From the NCBI GenBank assembly GCA_044221725.1, contig JBGAON010000002.1, positions 128,001-192,000 on the forward strand: a stretch of DNA of 64,000 bases, written 5' to 3'. Within the stretch, counting starts at the first letter, position 1. Every line of letters begins with the position of its first letter. Below the pieces are notes generated by a model, which worked only from the letters and a program-made list of their open reading frames with translations, had not been told where the DNA came from and made no database searches. Positions 9,154-19,900 of the stretch are shown piece after piece. Made by a program: the position numbers and the translations under genes. This stretch comes from Elusimicrobiota bacterium. GTDB lineage: Bacteria; Elusimicrobiota; Elusimicrobia; F11.

Positions 9154-11219
9154 CAAACCGATACTCTTTGATTTTTCGATTGGTCGCGATGATTTTGTTG
9201 ATCATTCTTGCGTCCAAGCCGGTGATGGTGCGGCCGGAGGCACGGTTGCCGACGAATTGGGCGGTATTGATCGACGCGTCGGCCAGTATGCGTGTCAAAG
9301 ATCCGATCGAACGGTTGGACCGCGTGAAGCGCTCCGTGCATGAACTTCTTAAGAAAGCGAACGGAATGTCTCTCTTTAAATTTTCTGACACCGCCGAACG
9401 CTTAAAGAACGATGACGTGGAATCGTTAAAACCTGTTGGAAAATTAAGTGACATGGCGAATGCGCTGCGCGAGTCATTATCGGGCCGACAATACAAAGGC
9501 GCGATTCTTTTTTCCGACGGACGAGAAGTGGGAAAGGACGATGCGGTCGCGATGGCCGCCTCGTTGGGGCGGCCGCTTTTTCTGGTGGGCGTAGGGGACC
9601 GCGCGCTTTTTAAGGATGTTGCCGTGCGCGCGGTACAAAGTCCGCCATTTGCATTTAAAAATGTGGCGACATCGCTCTCGGCCACGTTGTCGGTTATTGG
9701 TTATCCGGGCACGGATATCAGCGTCACGCTGCGCGAAGGGGACCGTGTGCTCTCCATTCAAAAAATTCGCGTGGAGACCCAAGAAGCCGAAGCGACGGTC
9801 ACGTTTAACTGGACACCAACCTCGGTGGGAACGAAGATTTTAACGGTCGAAGCGGCGCGCTACAGTGGCGAAGTGAGCACGCTCAACAATCAACGCGATG
9901 TCACGCTTGATGTCGGGCGCGACCGGTTTCGAGTTCTTTATATTTGTGGAGAGCCGGGGCCCGAATATGGATTTTTGCGGCATCAGTTTAAAGCCGATCC
10001 GGCGGTCGAACTCGTAACGTTTGTGATTCTTAGGAATGCTTCGAACACCGTGAACATTCCCGAAACCGAATTGTCGCTGATTCCGTTTCCGACGCAGGAC
10101 GTTCTGATTAACCAGATGTCCACGTTCGATCTCGTCGTGTTTGAAGAGTTCTCGTATCAACAATACGGGTTAAGTCCTGCCGTCATATACGCCGTTCGTC
10201 AGAAAGTGCAAGATGGCGGGAGCTTTCTCATCATGGGCGGTCCGACGGCGTTTGGTCCGTACGGGGGGTACATGTTGCCGGGCATTCGAGAGATGATTCC
10301 GGTCGAGTTTGGCGGTAACGATGTGCGCGTGGCGGAGGAGGCGGTCCCGTTTGTGGCAAAAGCGCCGACGCATCCGATTTTGCGAATCGAAGAGAATGTT
10401 GAGCGCAATAAAGATATATGGAGATCCTTACCTCCGCTCGAAGCCGTGACGTTGTTGCCGTCCGCGAAGCCCGGGGCGTCGGTCTTGGGAACGACGAATG
10501 TCGGTGGGAAAGAATATCCGGTGCTCACCGTTTGGAAATTCGGCAAAGGGCGCGTGGGCGCGTTGTCCACGCGCACAACGTGGCGGTGGTCGATGTTGAA
10601 CGGGGGGGCGGCGCGCGTTTCCGACGTCTATCAGCGTTTCTGGAAAAACATGGTGCTCTGGCTGACGCATTCGGACGAGTTCAAATCGGTGCGCGTGGCG
10701 CTTCAGAGCAAGGTTGCCCACATTGACGAGAAACAAACGGTGCGTGTCTGGGTTGTGGATGATTTTTTCAAGCCGTTGGCGGATGTGGACGTTCAACTCC
10801 AGGTCACAGCGCCGAACGGAAACAAAGAAACGTTGAAAACATTTTCGGAAACGGCCGGCGTGTTTGCCGCATCGTTCAAACCAACGATGTTGGGGGCGCA
10901 TCAAATTCAAGCGTGGGTGACCCGCAACGGAAAGAAATTTGGTGCGGATGCGATGACAGCACGGGTTGTTGAGAATCTGTCGGAGGAAGAGGATCTGCGT
11001 CCCAATTTTGAAACGCTAAACGAGCTTGCGCGCGCCACCGGAGGAAAGTTTCTGCCGATTGATCAGTTTACGCCCGCGGCGTTCGACGAGTTTGATCGCG
11101 AATCATCGAAAACGGCGGGCAAGAAAATCCTTGTGTGGAATTCACCGTGGTTCCTGTTGCTTTTGCTGGTCGTGTTCATGAGCGAGTGGTTTTTCCGCAA
11201 GCGAAGGGGACTGCCATGA
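9150..11219 (+). CDS. Membrane protein with vWA, Ig-like and class-I glutamine amidotransferase-like domains
   Basis: N-terminal TM, DASASM/SDG vWA motifs, RVLYICGEPGPEY, GGSFLIMGG, FGKGRV..WRW, C-terminal EWFFRKRRGL. Confidence 0.8.
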   Translation: MTNRYSLIFRLVAMILLIILASKPVMVRPEARLPTNWAVLIDASASMRVKDPIERLDRVKRSVHELLKKANGMSLFKFSDTAERLKNDDVESLKPVGKLSDMANALRESLSGRQYKGAILFSDGREVGKDDAVAMAASLGRPLFLVGVGDRALFKDVAVRAVQSPPFAFKNVATSLSATLSVIGYPGTDISVTLREGDRVLSIQKIRVETQEAEATVTFNWTPTSVGTKILTVEAARYSGEVSTLNNQRDVTLDVGRDRFRVLYICGEPGPEYGFLRHQFKADPAVELVTFVILRNASNTVNIPETELSLIPFPTQDVLINQMSTFDLVVFEEFSYQQYGLSPAVIYAVRQKVQDGGSFLIMGGPTAFGPYGGYMLPGIREMIPVEFGGNDVRVAEEAVPFVAKAPTHPILRIEENVERNKDIWRSLPPLEAVTLLPSAKPGASVLGTTNVGGKEYPVLTVWKFGKGRVGALSTRTTWRWSMLNGGAARVSDVYQRFWKNMVLWLTHSDEFKSVRVALQSKVAHIDEKQTVRVWVVDDFFKPLADVDVQLQVTAPNGNKETLKTFSETAGVFAASFKPTMLGAHQIQAWVTRNGKKFGADAMTARVVENLSEEEDLRPNFETLNELARATGGKFLPIDQFTPAAFDEFDRESSKTAGKKILVWNSPWFLLLLLVVFMSEWFFRKRRGLP

Positions 11220-13246
11220 GCCGACGCTGGTTATCGCTCGTGCTGTTTCTCGCGATGTTTGGGTTTTACGCGCATTTCGCAGCGCCCAGCGTAACGACCG
11301 GAGACTCCGGTGAATTCATAACGGCGGCGGCGACATTGGCGATTCCACACGCGCCGTCGTTCCCCACGTTCGTGATTTTGGGAAAAAGCTTTTTGACGGC
11401 GGTGCCGTTTGGCTCTTTACCGTACCGCTCCAATATTTTTTCGGCTTTTGTTTCGGCACTTACGCTGGTTGTGCTGCTCGAAATTGTTTTTGGATTGACG
11501 CAAAGTTCCGCACTATCCGTGCTGACGGTCATTCTCACGGGTCTCACGGTCTCGTTCCTCGAAAACAGTTTGGTCACCGAGGTCTTCGCATTGAATACGT
11601 TGTTCGTTGCGCTTCTTGTGCTGGCGGTGCTGCGCCAACAATATACATTCGCGGCCTTTCTGTTGGGACTGGGGCTCGGAAATCATCAGGTGTTGTTGTT
11701 TATTGGCCCGGCGGTTTTGGTTTATTACGTATGGAATGGACTCCCGTTAAAAGAACAATTATCGCGCGACGTGGGACGGGCTGTCGTTTTCTTTGCTCTC
11801 GGAGTTTCAATCTATCTTGTGCTGCCGATTCGCTCGGCCAAAGAACCGCCGCTAAATTGGGGGCAACCAACCACGGTCGCAAAATTCACTCGCACCGTAA
11901 CGCGCAAAGATTACGGCTCGTTGAAGCTGGCGCTCGGAGACGCTCCTGAGCGGAACATGCCGAACACCGTGAAGCACATGCGGAAATTTTTTGAACATCT
12001 CGCGCAAGAAGTACCACTGCCAGCGCTCGTTCTCGGATTTTGGGCGTTCGCTACCGGACTTGCCAAGCGCGATCGCAATCTCATCTTTCTGTTTGTGGCG
12101 TTTCTGTTGGCCGGCCCGTTTTTCTTTTGGCTGGGAAATTTGCCGTTTAACGCTCAGTCGGACGGAATTGTTGGCCGGTTTCTAATTATGCCCGTGGTGC
12201 TATTGCTGCTGGCGGCACCGGCGGCTCTTTTGCGTCGACCGTCCATTGGCGCGGCGATTCTTGCGCTCAGCATAGCGATCGGGGTGCAAGGAAACGTTGC
12301 TCAAGCGGAGGTGACGCGCGATACACGCTTGGTTTTGGATTACGGTCGCGCGATGCTGCGCACGTTGCCACTGGGCGCAACGCTTTTCATGGACGGCGGA
12401 GATGATGCGTTCTATAGTCTCGCGATGTTGCACTACGTGCACGGCGGTCGTCCGGATGTTCGCTTGCACGATCGTGGCGGGCTCGTGTTCAAGAGTCCCT
12501 ATGGAAGTGATTTCCGGTCAATCACAAAAGAGCAAAAGAAACAACGCCGGATTGAAGTCGAGAGCGCCGCGCTCGCGCGCGGACCGGTTTTTTATTCAAC
12601 CATGGATAAAGAGGTCGTGCCCGGCGTACCGCTCGTCCAGCGCGGATTTTTGATGCAAGCCGCCGGTGGCGGTGGCGGTTCCGGGAATTTGTGGCCGGTG
12701 CTTGTTTTGCGATCGTTGTATCCGCTCGAACCGAACAATTACCGGATGCGTGCTCTCGGCGCGTTTTTTCCATTTATGCGGGGCCGTGAATTGTTGCACG
12801 CGAACGAAATCGATGCGTCGCTTCGTTATTTTCAACGCGCGACGCTCATGGGGGCCGACGTCGATTGGTTGAAATCGAATCTTGGTTCGGAATACGCGCT
12901 CACGGCTTACGCGAAACTCGTCGCGAACGATTTCGTGAACGCCGAGAAACTTTATCGTCAATGGATCGCTTTCGAACCGGACAACGTGCAGCCGTGCAGC
13001 AATCTCGGTGTCGTTCTCGAAAAGTCCGGTCGCATAGCCGAAGCGAAAGCGCAGTACGAACAAACAAAAAAGCTTTTTCCAACGGCTGCCGATCCGGTGT
13101 TTAATTTGGCCGTGCTAGCGTGGAAAGAAAATGACTGGCCAACCGTTGTGTCAAATCTCGAAGAAGTTCTGCGCCGCAAGCCGGACCATGCGCAAGCCGC
13201 TGGGTATTTGCGCATCGCGCACGAAAGGATGGGCAAACGTGGATGA
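11216..13246 (+). CDS. DUF2723 (TMEM260-like) GT-C glycosyltransferase with C-terminal TPRs
   Basis: GDSGEFITAA..L.IPHAPSFP, TEVFALN, GNHQ, PLNWGQP, GDD; many TM helices; TPR tail. Confidence 0.82.
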   Translation: MSRRWLSLVLFLAMFGFYAHFAAPSVTTGDSGEFITAAATLAIPHAPSFPTFVILGKSFLTAVPFGSLPYRSNIFSAFVSALTLVVLLEIVFGLTQSSALSVLTVILTGLTVSFLENSLVTEVFALNTLFVALLVLAVLRQQYTFAAFLLGLGLGNHQVLLFIGPAVLVYYVWNGLPLKEQLSRDVGRAVVFFALGVSIYLVLPIRSAKEPPLNWGQPTTVAKFTRTVTRKDYGSLKLALGDAPERNMPNTVKHMRKFFEHLAQEVPLPALVLGFWAFATGLAKRDRNLIFLFVAFLLAGPFFFWLGNLPFNAQSDGIVGRFLIMPVVLLLLAAPAALLRRPSIGAAILALSIAIGVQGNVAQAEVTRDTRLVLDYGRAMLRTLPLGATLFMDGGDDAFYSLAMLHYVHGGRPDVRLHDRGGLVFKSPYGSDFRSITKEQKKQRRIEVESAALARGPVFYSTMDKEVVPGVPLVQRGFLMQAAGGGGGSGNLWPVLVLRSLYPLEPNNYRMRALGAFFPFMRGRELLHANEIDASLRYFQRATLMGADVDWLKSNLGSEYALTAYAKLVANDFVNAEKLYRQWIAFEPDNVQPCSNLGVVLEKSGRIAEAKAQYEQTKKLFPTAADPVFNLAVLAWKENDWPTVVSNLEEVLRRKPDHAQAAGYLRIAHERMGKRG

Positions 13247-15381
13247 TTGAAACAATTGTTTTGTTCATCGGCACGTTTGCGCTGTATCTCCACACCGGCG
13301 CGCCGCAGTTGGCGCCGTACCGCGATGCGGGAGAAATGGTGTCGCTTTTGAGCACGCTCGGGGTGGCACATCCGCCGGGTTATCCGTTGTACACGCTGCT
13401 CGGACGCATATTTCTTTATATTCCGCTCGGGAATCTCATGTTTCGCGCGAACGCGTTCTCGGCGCTTTGTGCGGCGGCGACGATTGTCGTGTTGTATATC
13501 ACGCTGCAGGCGTGGATAAAAAAGACACCGGCGTTTCTCGCGGTTCTTTTTCTCGCGTTTTCGAATCCGTTCTGGGATTTGGCCACCGTTTCCGAAATGT
13601 ACGCGCTCGGCATGGTCGCGTTCGCGACGTTGCTGCTGGTGACGTTTCGTTTAAAAAATCCTGTTCTCTTTGCTTTTCTTATGTCTCTTACGCTCGGTGT
13701 GCGCATGGATATGTTGCTGCTCGTGCCGGTGTTTGTCGCGTGGTACGCGTGGAACGGCGCGCGACGCGAGATTGCGTGGATGATTCCTTTTTTTGCGATC
13801 GGGGCATCGGTCTTTCTTTATCTCATGGTTCGATCGCGAACGGATCCGCTTCTCGATTGGGCTAACCCCGACAATTTGCTCGCCGTGCTCAATTCGGCGC
13901 GCCGAAAGAATTACAGCGGGACGCTGGACTTGCTGTCGCTCTCGTATGCCGCCGGAGAAAATTTCACAATCAATCTACGGTTGTATGGCCAACACGTTGT
14001 GGATTCGTTTGGTTGGTGGGGGGCGCTGTTCGCCGCTGTGGGAACGGGCGTGTTGTTGAAGAAAAATATTCGGGTGGGAATGTTTTTCTTCACAATTTTT
14101 CTTATGACCGGTCCGATCTTTTTGTACCTGGCGAACATGCCGCCGAATCCTCACGCGGTGGCAATCGTTGAAGCGTCATACTTGGTGCCCGATGTGATGG
14201 TGGCCCTTTTCATTGCTTGGGGAATTGACTTCATGTGTCGCCCCGGCGCAGGCGCGGGCCCAGGCGACGTAACCGCGAACGGTAGATTTGCCGACCTTAA
14301 TATCATTGTGAAGCGATACGCCTGCGCGGGGGCGACGGCTCTGCTGCTAACGCTAAATCTGGTGCACGGTTTCCACCGCGCGTCAAAACGTCACAACCTG
14401 TTCGCTCGCGATTACGTTGAAAACGTTTTTCGCAGCATTCCCAAAAATGGTGTCGCCGTTTTTCACAAAGATGTGCAGATCTTTTCGTTGTGGGCGGCAC
14501 AACTGGTTGACCATCGTCGTCCGGACGTTGCGCTGGTGCCCACCGGCCTCTCCGCGAGTTCGTGGTATTGGGATATGAAGCGGCGTTGGAAAACCGCTCC
14601 GTCGCCCGAAATTTCTCTGAAAGACAGTTTTGGTTGGAAGCAATTGGCCAGCGAAGTCTCGTCGCGCGCGTTTGTGGCGGGTTACGATGTGGAATTGCCG
14701 CAAGCCACGGGACTTTCACCGCGACCGTCGGGGCTTTTGATGCGACTCGATACGAGCGATTATGCGGTCTCAAACGCGCTTCACGATATTTGTTTGTACC
14801 GCGGCGAATACAAATACGGCGAGACACCGGATTTTTTCTCGACCGACCTTATTGGTGACACGGCGCGTGCCAACAACCAGATGGGTTTTTATCTCATGCA
14901 AAACGGAAATCCCCAAAAGGCAGACTGGTATTTCCAGCGTGCGGAAACGCTGGACGCGACATTCGCCCGAACCACGAGTGACCGTGCGTATCTCGCATTC
15001 TCTCTTGGCCAGTTGCCGAAAGCGTACGAATTGTTCGCCTCCGCTGCGCGAAAGGCTGATCGCTCCATCCAGTTGACGATGGATTACAAGAGCCTTCCGG
15101 AGGTGGTTGAGAGTTACCGCAATGAGGCGGCCATCATCAACACGCAATGGGGCGCGGTGAGCGAGCGACTCGGCCGCATAGAGGAGGCGCGGCAGCTCTA
15201 TCTGCGCGCATTATCGATCCATGAAGTGGCGCAGGCGCATTACAATTTGGCTGTCTCCTATTGGGGAAAAGACTGGCAGCAGGTGATTGTGCATTTGCAC
15301 CGAGCATTGGAAATAAATCCGCAAATGGCGGAGGCGCGAACGTTTTTAACGAAAGCGTTGGCGGTGGTGGGAAAACATTGA
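13243..15381 (+). CDS. DUF2723 (TMEM260-like) GT-C glycosyltransferase with C-terminal TPRs, second paralogue
   Basis: RDAGEM..LGVAHPPGYPLYTLLG, ATVSEMYAL, PLLDWANP; TPR tail AHYNLAVSYW. Confidence 0.85.
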   Translation: MIETIVLFIGTFALYLHTGAPQLAPYRDAGEMVSLLSTLGVAHPPGYPLYTLLGRIFLYIPLGNLMFRANAFSALCAAATIVVLYITLQAWIKKTPAFLAVLFLAFSNPFWDLATVSEMYALGMVAFATLLLVTFRLKNPVLFAFLMSLTLGVRMDMLLLVPVFVAWYAWNGARREIAWMIPFFAIGASVFLYLMVRSRTDPLLDWANPDNLLAVLNSARRKNYSGTLDLLSLSYAAGENFTINLRLYGQHVVDSFGWWGALFAAVGTGVLLKKNIRVGMFFFTIFLMTGPIFLYLANMPPNPHAVAIVEASYLVPDVMVALFIAWGIDFMCRPGAGAGPGDVTANGRFADLNIIVKRYACAGATALLLTLNLVHGFHRASKRHNLFARDYVENVFRSIPKNGVAVFHKDVQIFSLWAAQLVDHRRPDVALVPTGLSASSWYWDMKRRWKTAPSPEISLKDSFGWKQLASEVSSRAFVAGYDVELPQATGLSPRPSGLLMRLDTSDYAVSNALHDICLYRGEYKYGETPDFFSTDLIGDTARANNQMGFYLMQNGNPQKADWYFQRAETLDATFARTTSDRAYLAFSLGQLPKAYELFASAARKADRSIQLTMDYKSLPEVVESYRNEAAIINTQWGAVSERLGRIEEARQLYLRALSIHEVAQAHYNLAVSYWGKDWQQVIVHLHRALEINPQMAEARTFLTKALAVVGKH
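14237..14336. repeat. In-frame palindromic element, family A, copy 2
   Basis: 18-bp arms gtcgccccggcgcaggcg / cgcctgcgcgggggcgac with 1 mismatch; right arm identical to that of copy 1. Confidence 0.8.
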
Positions 15382-16976
15382 AAATTGGAAAAGTTGATCG
15401 TTGCCCCGGCGCAGGCGTACCGCTTCTCCTCATCCTTCTTCACATTTGGTTGGCTCTCCCCGCGCTCACGGTTTTTTCTCCGACGTACGACGAACCCGTG
15501 CATCTGACGGCGGGGGCCGTCTATTGGAAAACCGGCGACTACCGCTTTAACGGGCACCACCACCCGGCGTTTGGAGAAATGTGGGCCGCGATTCCTTTAA
15601 ATTTTATGAAGAACATGATCCCCGTCCAGCATCCAGCGTGGATCGCGCAACAGTGGTCGCCCGTGGAGCAATACGCGTTTGCGGATGTGTTTCTATTTCG
15701 GAACTTCACAAACGCCGACCGTCTGATCGCGGCGGGACGGGCGATGCAATTGGGGATGTCGTGCGTGCTGGGCTTGCTGGTTTTTTGGTTCGCGTTAAAG
15801 TTGGCCGGTGTGCGTGCCGCGATTTTTGCGGGACTCTTCTGGGCTCTCTCGCCAACGTTTCTAGCGAACGGGACGATTGTTTCTACCGATCTTGCGTTCG
15901 CGGTGTTCTTTTTTGGTTTTTTTGCCGCGCTCACGCAATTTGGAAAGTTTGGTTACGACGTGCTCGCCGGTGTGTGTCTTGGTCTGGCGTTTGCGAGCAA
16001 GTACTTTGCTGTCGCTATAGTGCCGATCACGGCCGTGTTATTCGTTGTGCAGCCGGCGTTGCGCAAATCCGCACGATCCTGGGGAATTGTTGCAGCGCTT
16101 GGGTTCGGCGTGTTGCTCGTCGTGTACCGCGTCCATCAACTTGATGTTTTTGTGGAGGGAATTCGAAATATATTTGGCCGATCGCAAGCGGGGCGTTCGA
16201 GTTTTTTTCTTGGTCAACACGGTACACAAGGGTGGCTGATGTATTTCCCGTTCGTGTTCGTGGTTAAGACGCCGGTGCCACTATTGATTTCAATTATTTG
16301 CGCTATCGTTGCCGTTTTCGGGGGAAGAATTCGGTATTCGCACGCGTTATGGATTCCGCCTGTCTTGTTCTTTCTTGTTGCTTGTACCTCGAAGGTGCAG
16401 ATCGGCCATCGACACATTCTCGCCATATATCCGTTTCTGTTTGTGATGGCGGGAATTGCGCTCGCGCAGTTCGGGACCATCGGGAACGTTGCCGCGGGAA
16501 TTCTGCTCGTGGGGAATGCTGTTGGAACATTCCTGGTTCGGCCGAACTATCTACCGTATTTTAATGAACTGGTGGGTGGCGGCGCGAACGGATACAAATA
16601 CGTGACCGATTCGAATGTGGACTGGGGGCAAGGTTTAAAGCAGCTTGCAAGCGAATTGTCGGAAAGCGAGCGGCAGCGTGGAATTTACTTGTCCTATTTT
16701 GGCGTTGTGGACCCGCACGAATACGGAATTCGCTACATCAACGTGGGATCGGACCGCATCGTGCCGCGAACCGATGATGCACCGACACTGGTGCAAAAGC
16801 CCACGATGTTCGCGATCTCCGTAACGAATTTGCAGGCGACGTATTATGGAAATTCCACCGTTTTTGACTGGCTGCGTGGTTTCACGCCCACAAAAAAGAT
16901 CGCGGACAGTATTTTCGTGTACGATTTTTCTGAACATCCCGAAGCGATTGCTCGGTTGGAGGCTTTGCGCGGATGA
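15378..16976 (+). CDS. Glycosyltransferase family 39 (ArnT/PMT-like) membrane protein
   Basis: PTYDEPVH..G..YW, HHP, STDL, ASKY, QIGHRHIL, YFNEL.GG, DSNVDWGQGL; TTG overlaps the upstream stop. Confidence 0.85.
   Translation: MKIGKVDRCPGAGVPLLLILLHIWLALPALTVFSPTYDEPVHLTAGAVYWKTGDYRFNGHHHPAFGEMWAAIPLNFMKNMIPVQHPAWIAQQWSPVEQYAFADVFLFRNFTNADRLIAAGRAMQLGMSCVLGLLVFWFALKLAGVRAAIFAGLFWALSPTFLANGTIVSTDLAFAVFFFGFFAALTQFGKFGYDVLAGVCLGLAFASKYFAVAIVPITAVLFVVQPALRKSARSWGIVAALGFGVLLVVYRVHQLDVFVEGIRNIFGRSQAGRSSFFLGQHGTQGWLMYFPFVFVVKTPVPLLISIICAIVAVFGGRIRYSHALWIPPVLFFLVACTSKVQIGHRHILAIYPFLFVMAGIALAQFGTIGNVAAGILLVGNAVGTFLVRPNYLPYFNELVGGGANGYKYVTDSNVDWGQGLKQLASELSESERQRGIYLSYFGVVDPHEYGIRYINVGSDRIVPRTDDAPTLVQKPTMFAISVTNLQATYYGNSTVFDWLRGFTPTKKIADSIFVYDFSEHPEAIARLEALRG
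15399..15420. repeat. Single arm of palindromic element family A
   Basis: cgttgccccggcgcaggcgtac matches the left arm of copy 2. Confidence 0.65.
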
Positions 16977-19900
16977 ACGCACCGAGCACCCATTCTCACG
17001 AACAGATTCAAAAGTTTCTTAGAAAAGCCGATGCGGCTTTTGTCTTTCGCTCGGCACTCAAGGGAATTTGCCGTGCGGTTCCCGTTGCGTTCCTCGCGGT
17101 GTTGGTTTTGGCCGGTCTTGATCGCTCGGTCGAAATAGCCGCCTGGGGAAGGCAATTGCTGTGGTTTCTGGGCGCGCTTGGATGCGTGTTTGCTTTTGCG
17201 TCGGGTTTTTATCCGCTGTCGTTGTTGACGTTGTTGTCCAAATCTCAGTATCTCGCGAAACATGGCCAGACAATTCGCCCGGATGATTTGCGCATTGCGC
17301 TCGAGCTTGCCACCGGTACCAGCGACGGAACGTCGCACGAGCTTCGTGAACGGTTCGTCGCCGATGTCGCGGATCGGTTAACGCAATCCCGCGCCGGCTG
17401 GTGTTTTCCAGAATGGAAATGGAAACGGCCGACCTTGATTTTGGTCTGTACATTGTTTTTCGTTGGTGCGCTGCGCGCTTTTTTCCCGGCGGCGGTTCCG
17501 TTGGATGGCCGCGTGCTCTTCCCGTTTTGGTCGTATGAAGTCGAACGCCGCATTCGAGTTGAACCGGGTGATGCGCAGGTGCCCTACGGCGGGGAAGCAA
17601 CCATCGAATTGACTCCGCAAGTTGGCGAAACAGGAAAACCTGTCTTGCTCGTCAAAACGGGAGACAATTGGCTCGAACTTCAACCCAATTATGAAAACAG
17701 CGCAAAACTCGCCTACACAATTAAAAATATCGTGACGCCATTGTATTACCGTGTGGGTTTGCGCGGCAGCTGGAGCCGCAAGTTCGCGCTCACGCCCGTC
17801 GAGACGCTCGCGGTTAAGAAGTTTGATGTGAAACTGGTGCCCCCGGCCTACACCGGCAAATCGGCGTCCGAGCAGACGTCACCGGAATTGACGGGGCTCG
17901 CCGGCACCGACGTGTTGATGAACATTGAAGCTTCGGGTGACATGAAAGGTATCACGCTCGTTTTTTCGGACAATCGCGAAATCGTGGCAGAAAAAATTTC
18001 TGGGCGCTCGGCGAAATTTCATTTCGTATTGGAGAAGTCGGGTTCCTACGGTTTCGCCATGAATCCCGTCTCTGGCTTGCCGATGAAGGCCGAGACGAAT
18101 TATCCGGTCAATGTGGTGCCCGACAAAGCACCAACCATAATGCTTTTGTCTCCGGATCAGGATGTTGTGGTGGGTGAGAAGGAGAAATTGCCGCTCACGT
18201 TTGATGCGCGCGACGACGTTGGTCTCGGACAGATTTTTTTGCAATGGGAAACGCCGAATGGGAAATCGAATCGCGTGGCGGTGAAGTCGTTTGAAAATAT
18301 AACCGAAACGGCGCTCGCAACCGTCGATTGGGATTTGTCCAACGAGAAATTCTCGCAAGCGCAGGTTGTTCGATTCCGACTCGAAGTTCAGGACAAAAAC
18401 AAAGTCACGGGCCCGGGCGTGGGTTTTTCCGAGTGGCGCATACTCGAAATTCGCAGTTTCGATATGGAACACGCGGTTATCGAAAAAGCGTTGGAGGCGT
18501 GGCGAAACAAAACCGTCGAAACGTTGGCGCAAATGACGACGCTCGACAAAAAAATGAAAGCTGAAAACGCGGATATGTCTGCGTTGAGCAAGGAGTTCGA
18601 CGCTGCCGCACAAAACATGAAAAAGTTGGACGATGTTCTCAAAGAGATTGTGAGCCGCATGGAGCAAGATCCAAACGCCGACTACGGCGTGTGGATGGAG
18701 CACAAGGCGATCGAAGAAAACTTGAACGCATTGAATCAGACGACCGTTAAGAACACGCAGGCCGCGTTTCAAACACAAAACAAAGACGTGGCATCGCAGA
18801 ATGTCGAAAGTCTCGCAAACGAGCTTGAACGAATGACCGCATTGTCGGAAGACATGACCAAGACACAGAAGGCGCGTGATGTTCTTCAGTCGAGTGAAAA
18901 CCTTAACGATATTGGCGACAGCCTGTCGTCGTTGCTCGAAAAAGGGGGCGGTGACGAATCGACAAAGCAGAAGATCAATCAGTTGCTGAGCGACGCGCAG
19001 AAGGATCTCGCGAAAATGGCGCAAGCGCTGCAGCAAATGCCCGAAGAATTGCCCGAAGATTTCGTGAACCAAGAGGCACTTAAGAATTTGGAGCTCGGAA
19101 AATCGCAGGATATTTTGAGCCAAATTGCCGATGCCGTAAAGAACGGCGATATGGCGCGGGCGCTGGATCTGGCGAAAAAGTTTTCGAGCGCTGTTAAGTC
19201 GATGCAAAAGCAGTTATCAAAAGCCCACGAGTCGTTTTTGGAATCGCATTCGGCGTCCGATCTCTCGAAGAAGATCAAGACGCAGCAGGAAGCGCTTCAG
19301 AAAGTCGCGGATGAACAGCGCCAAATTCTTTCGGATACACAGAAATTGGCGAGCCAGCAGCTGGATGAAATTATGAAGCAGCAGGAAGAACTGCTTGATA
19401 CGTTGGCGAAACGACAATCGAAAGTCATCGGCAAATCCCACGCTGTCGTTCAAGAAAACGTGAACACCGTTCCGATGCTGAGTCGTCTCGCGGGACTGCA
19501 ACCTATCATGACCTTGGTGGAGAACGAACTGAAATCGAAACGCATTGATAAGAGCGTCGATTGGCTGACGTCCGTTACAATTCAAACGAAAATTTTACGC
19601 ACCGATATCGAAAAGTCGAGCGCGTCGGTCACGATCATCGATCCGGTCCGTGAAATAGACGCCGAGGAATTGGCGATTTTGTCAATTCTCAAGGACCCGC
19701 CGGCGCCAAAAGAGAATGTGAGCGCCGCCGATGAGAAAACATTTCAAGCGTTGGACGCGCGGCAGCAGGAACTTCGTAAGAAAACGCAATCTGTGCGTCA
19801 GGAGCTCGGCAAGCTTTCGCGTCGCACGGCGAGTTTGACTCCATCGCTTATGCAGGCGCTGGGGCGCGCCGGCAATGAAATGAAAAACGCATCCGATGAG

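Noticed and set aside
17879..19207. 442-aa minus-strand ORF
   Set aside because: Antisense shadow of the DUF4175-like gene
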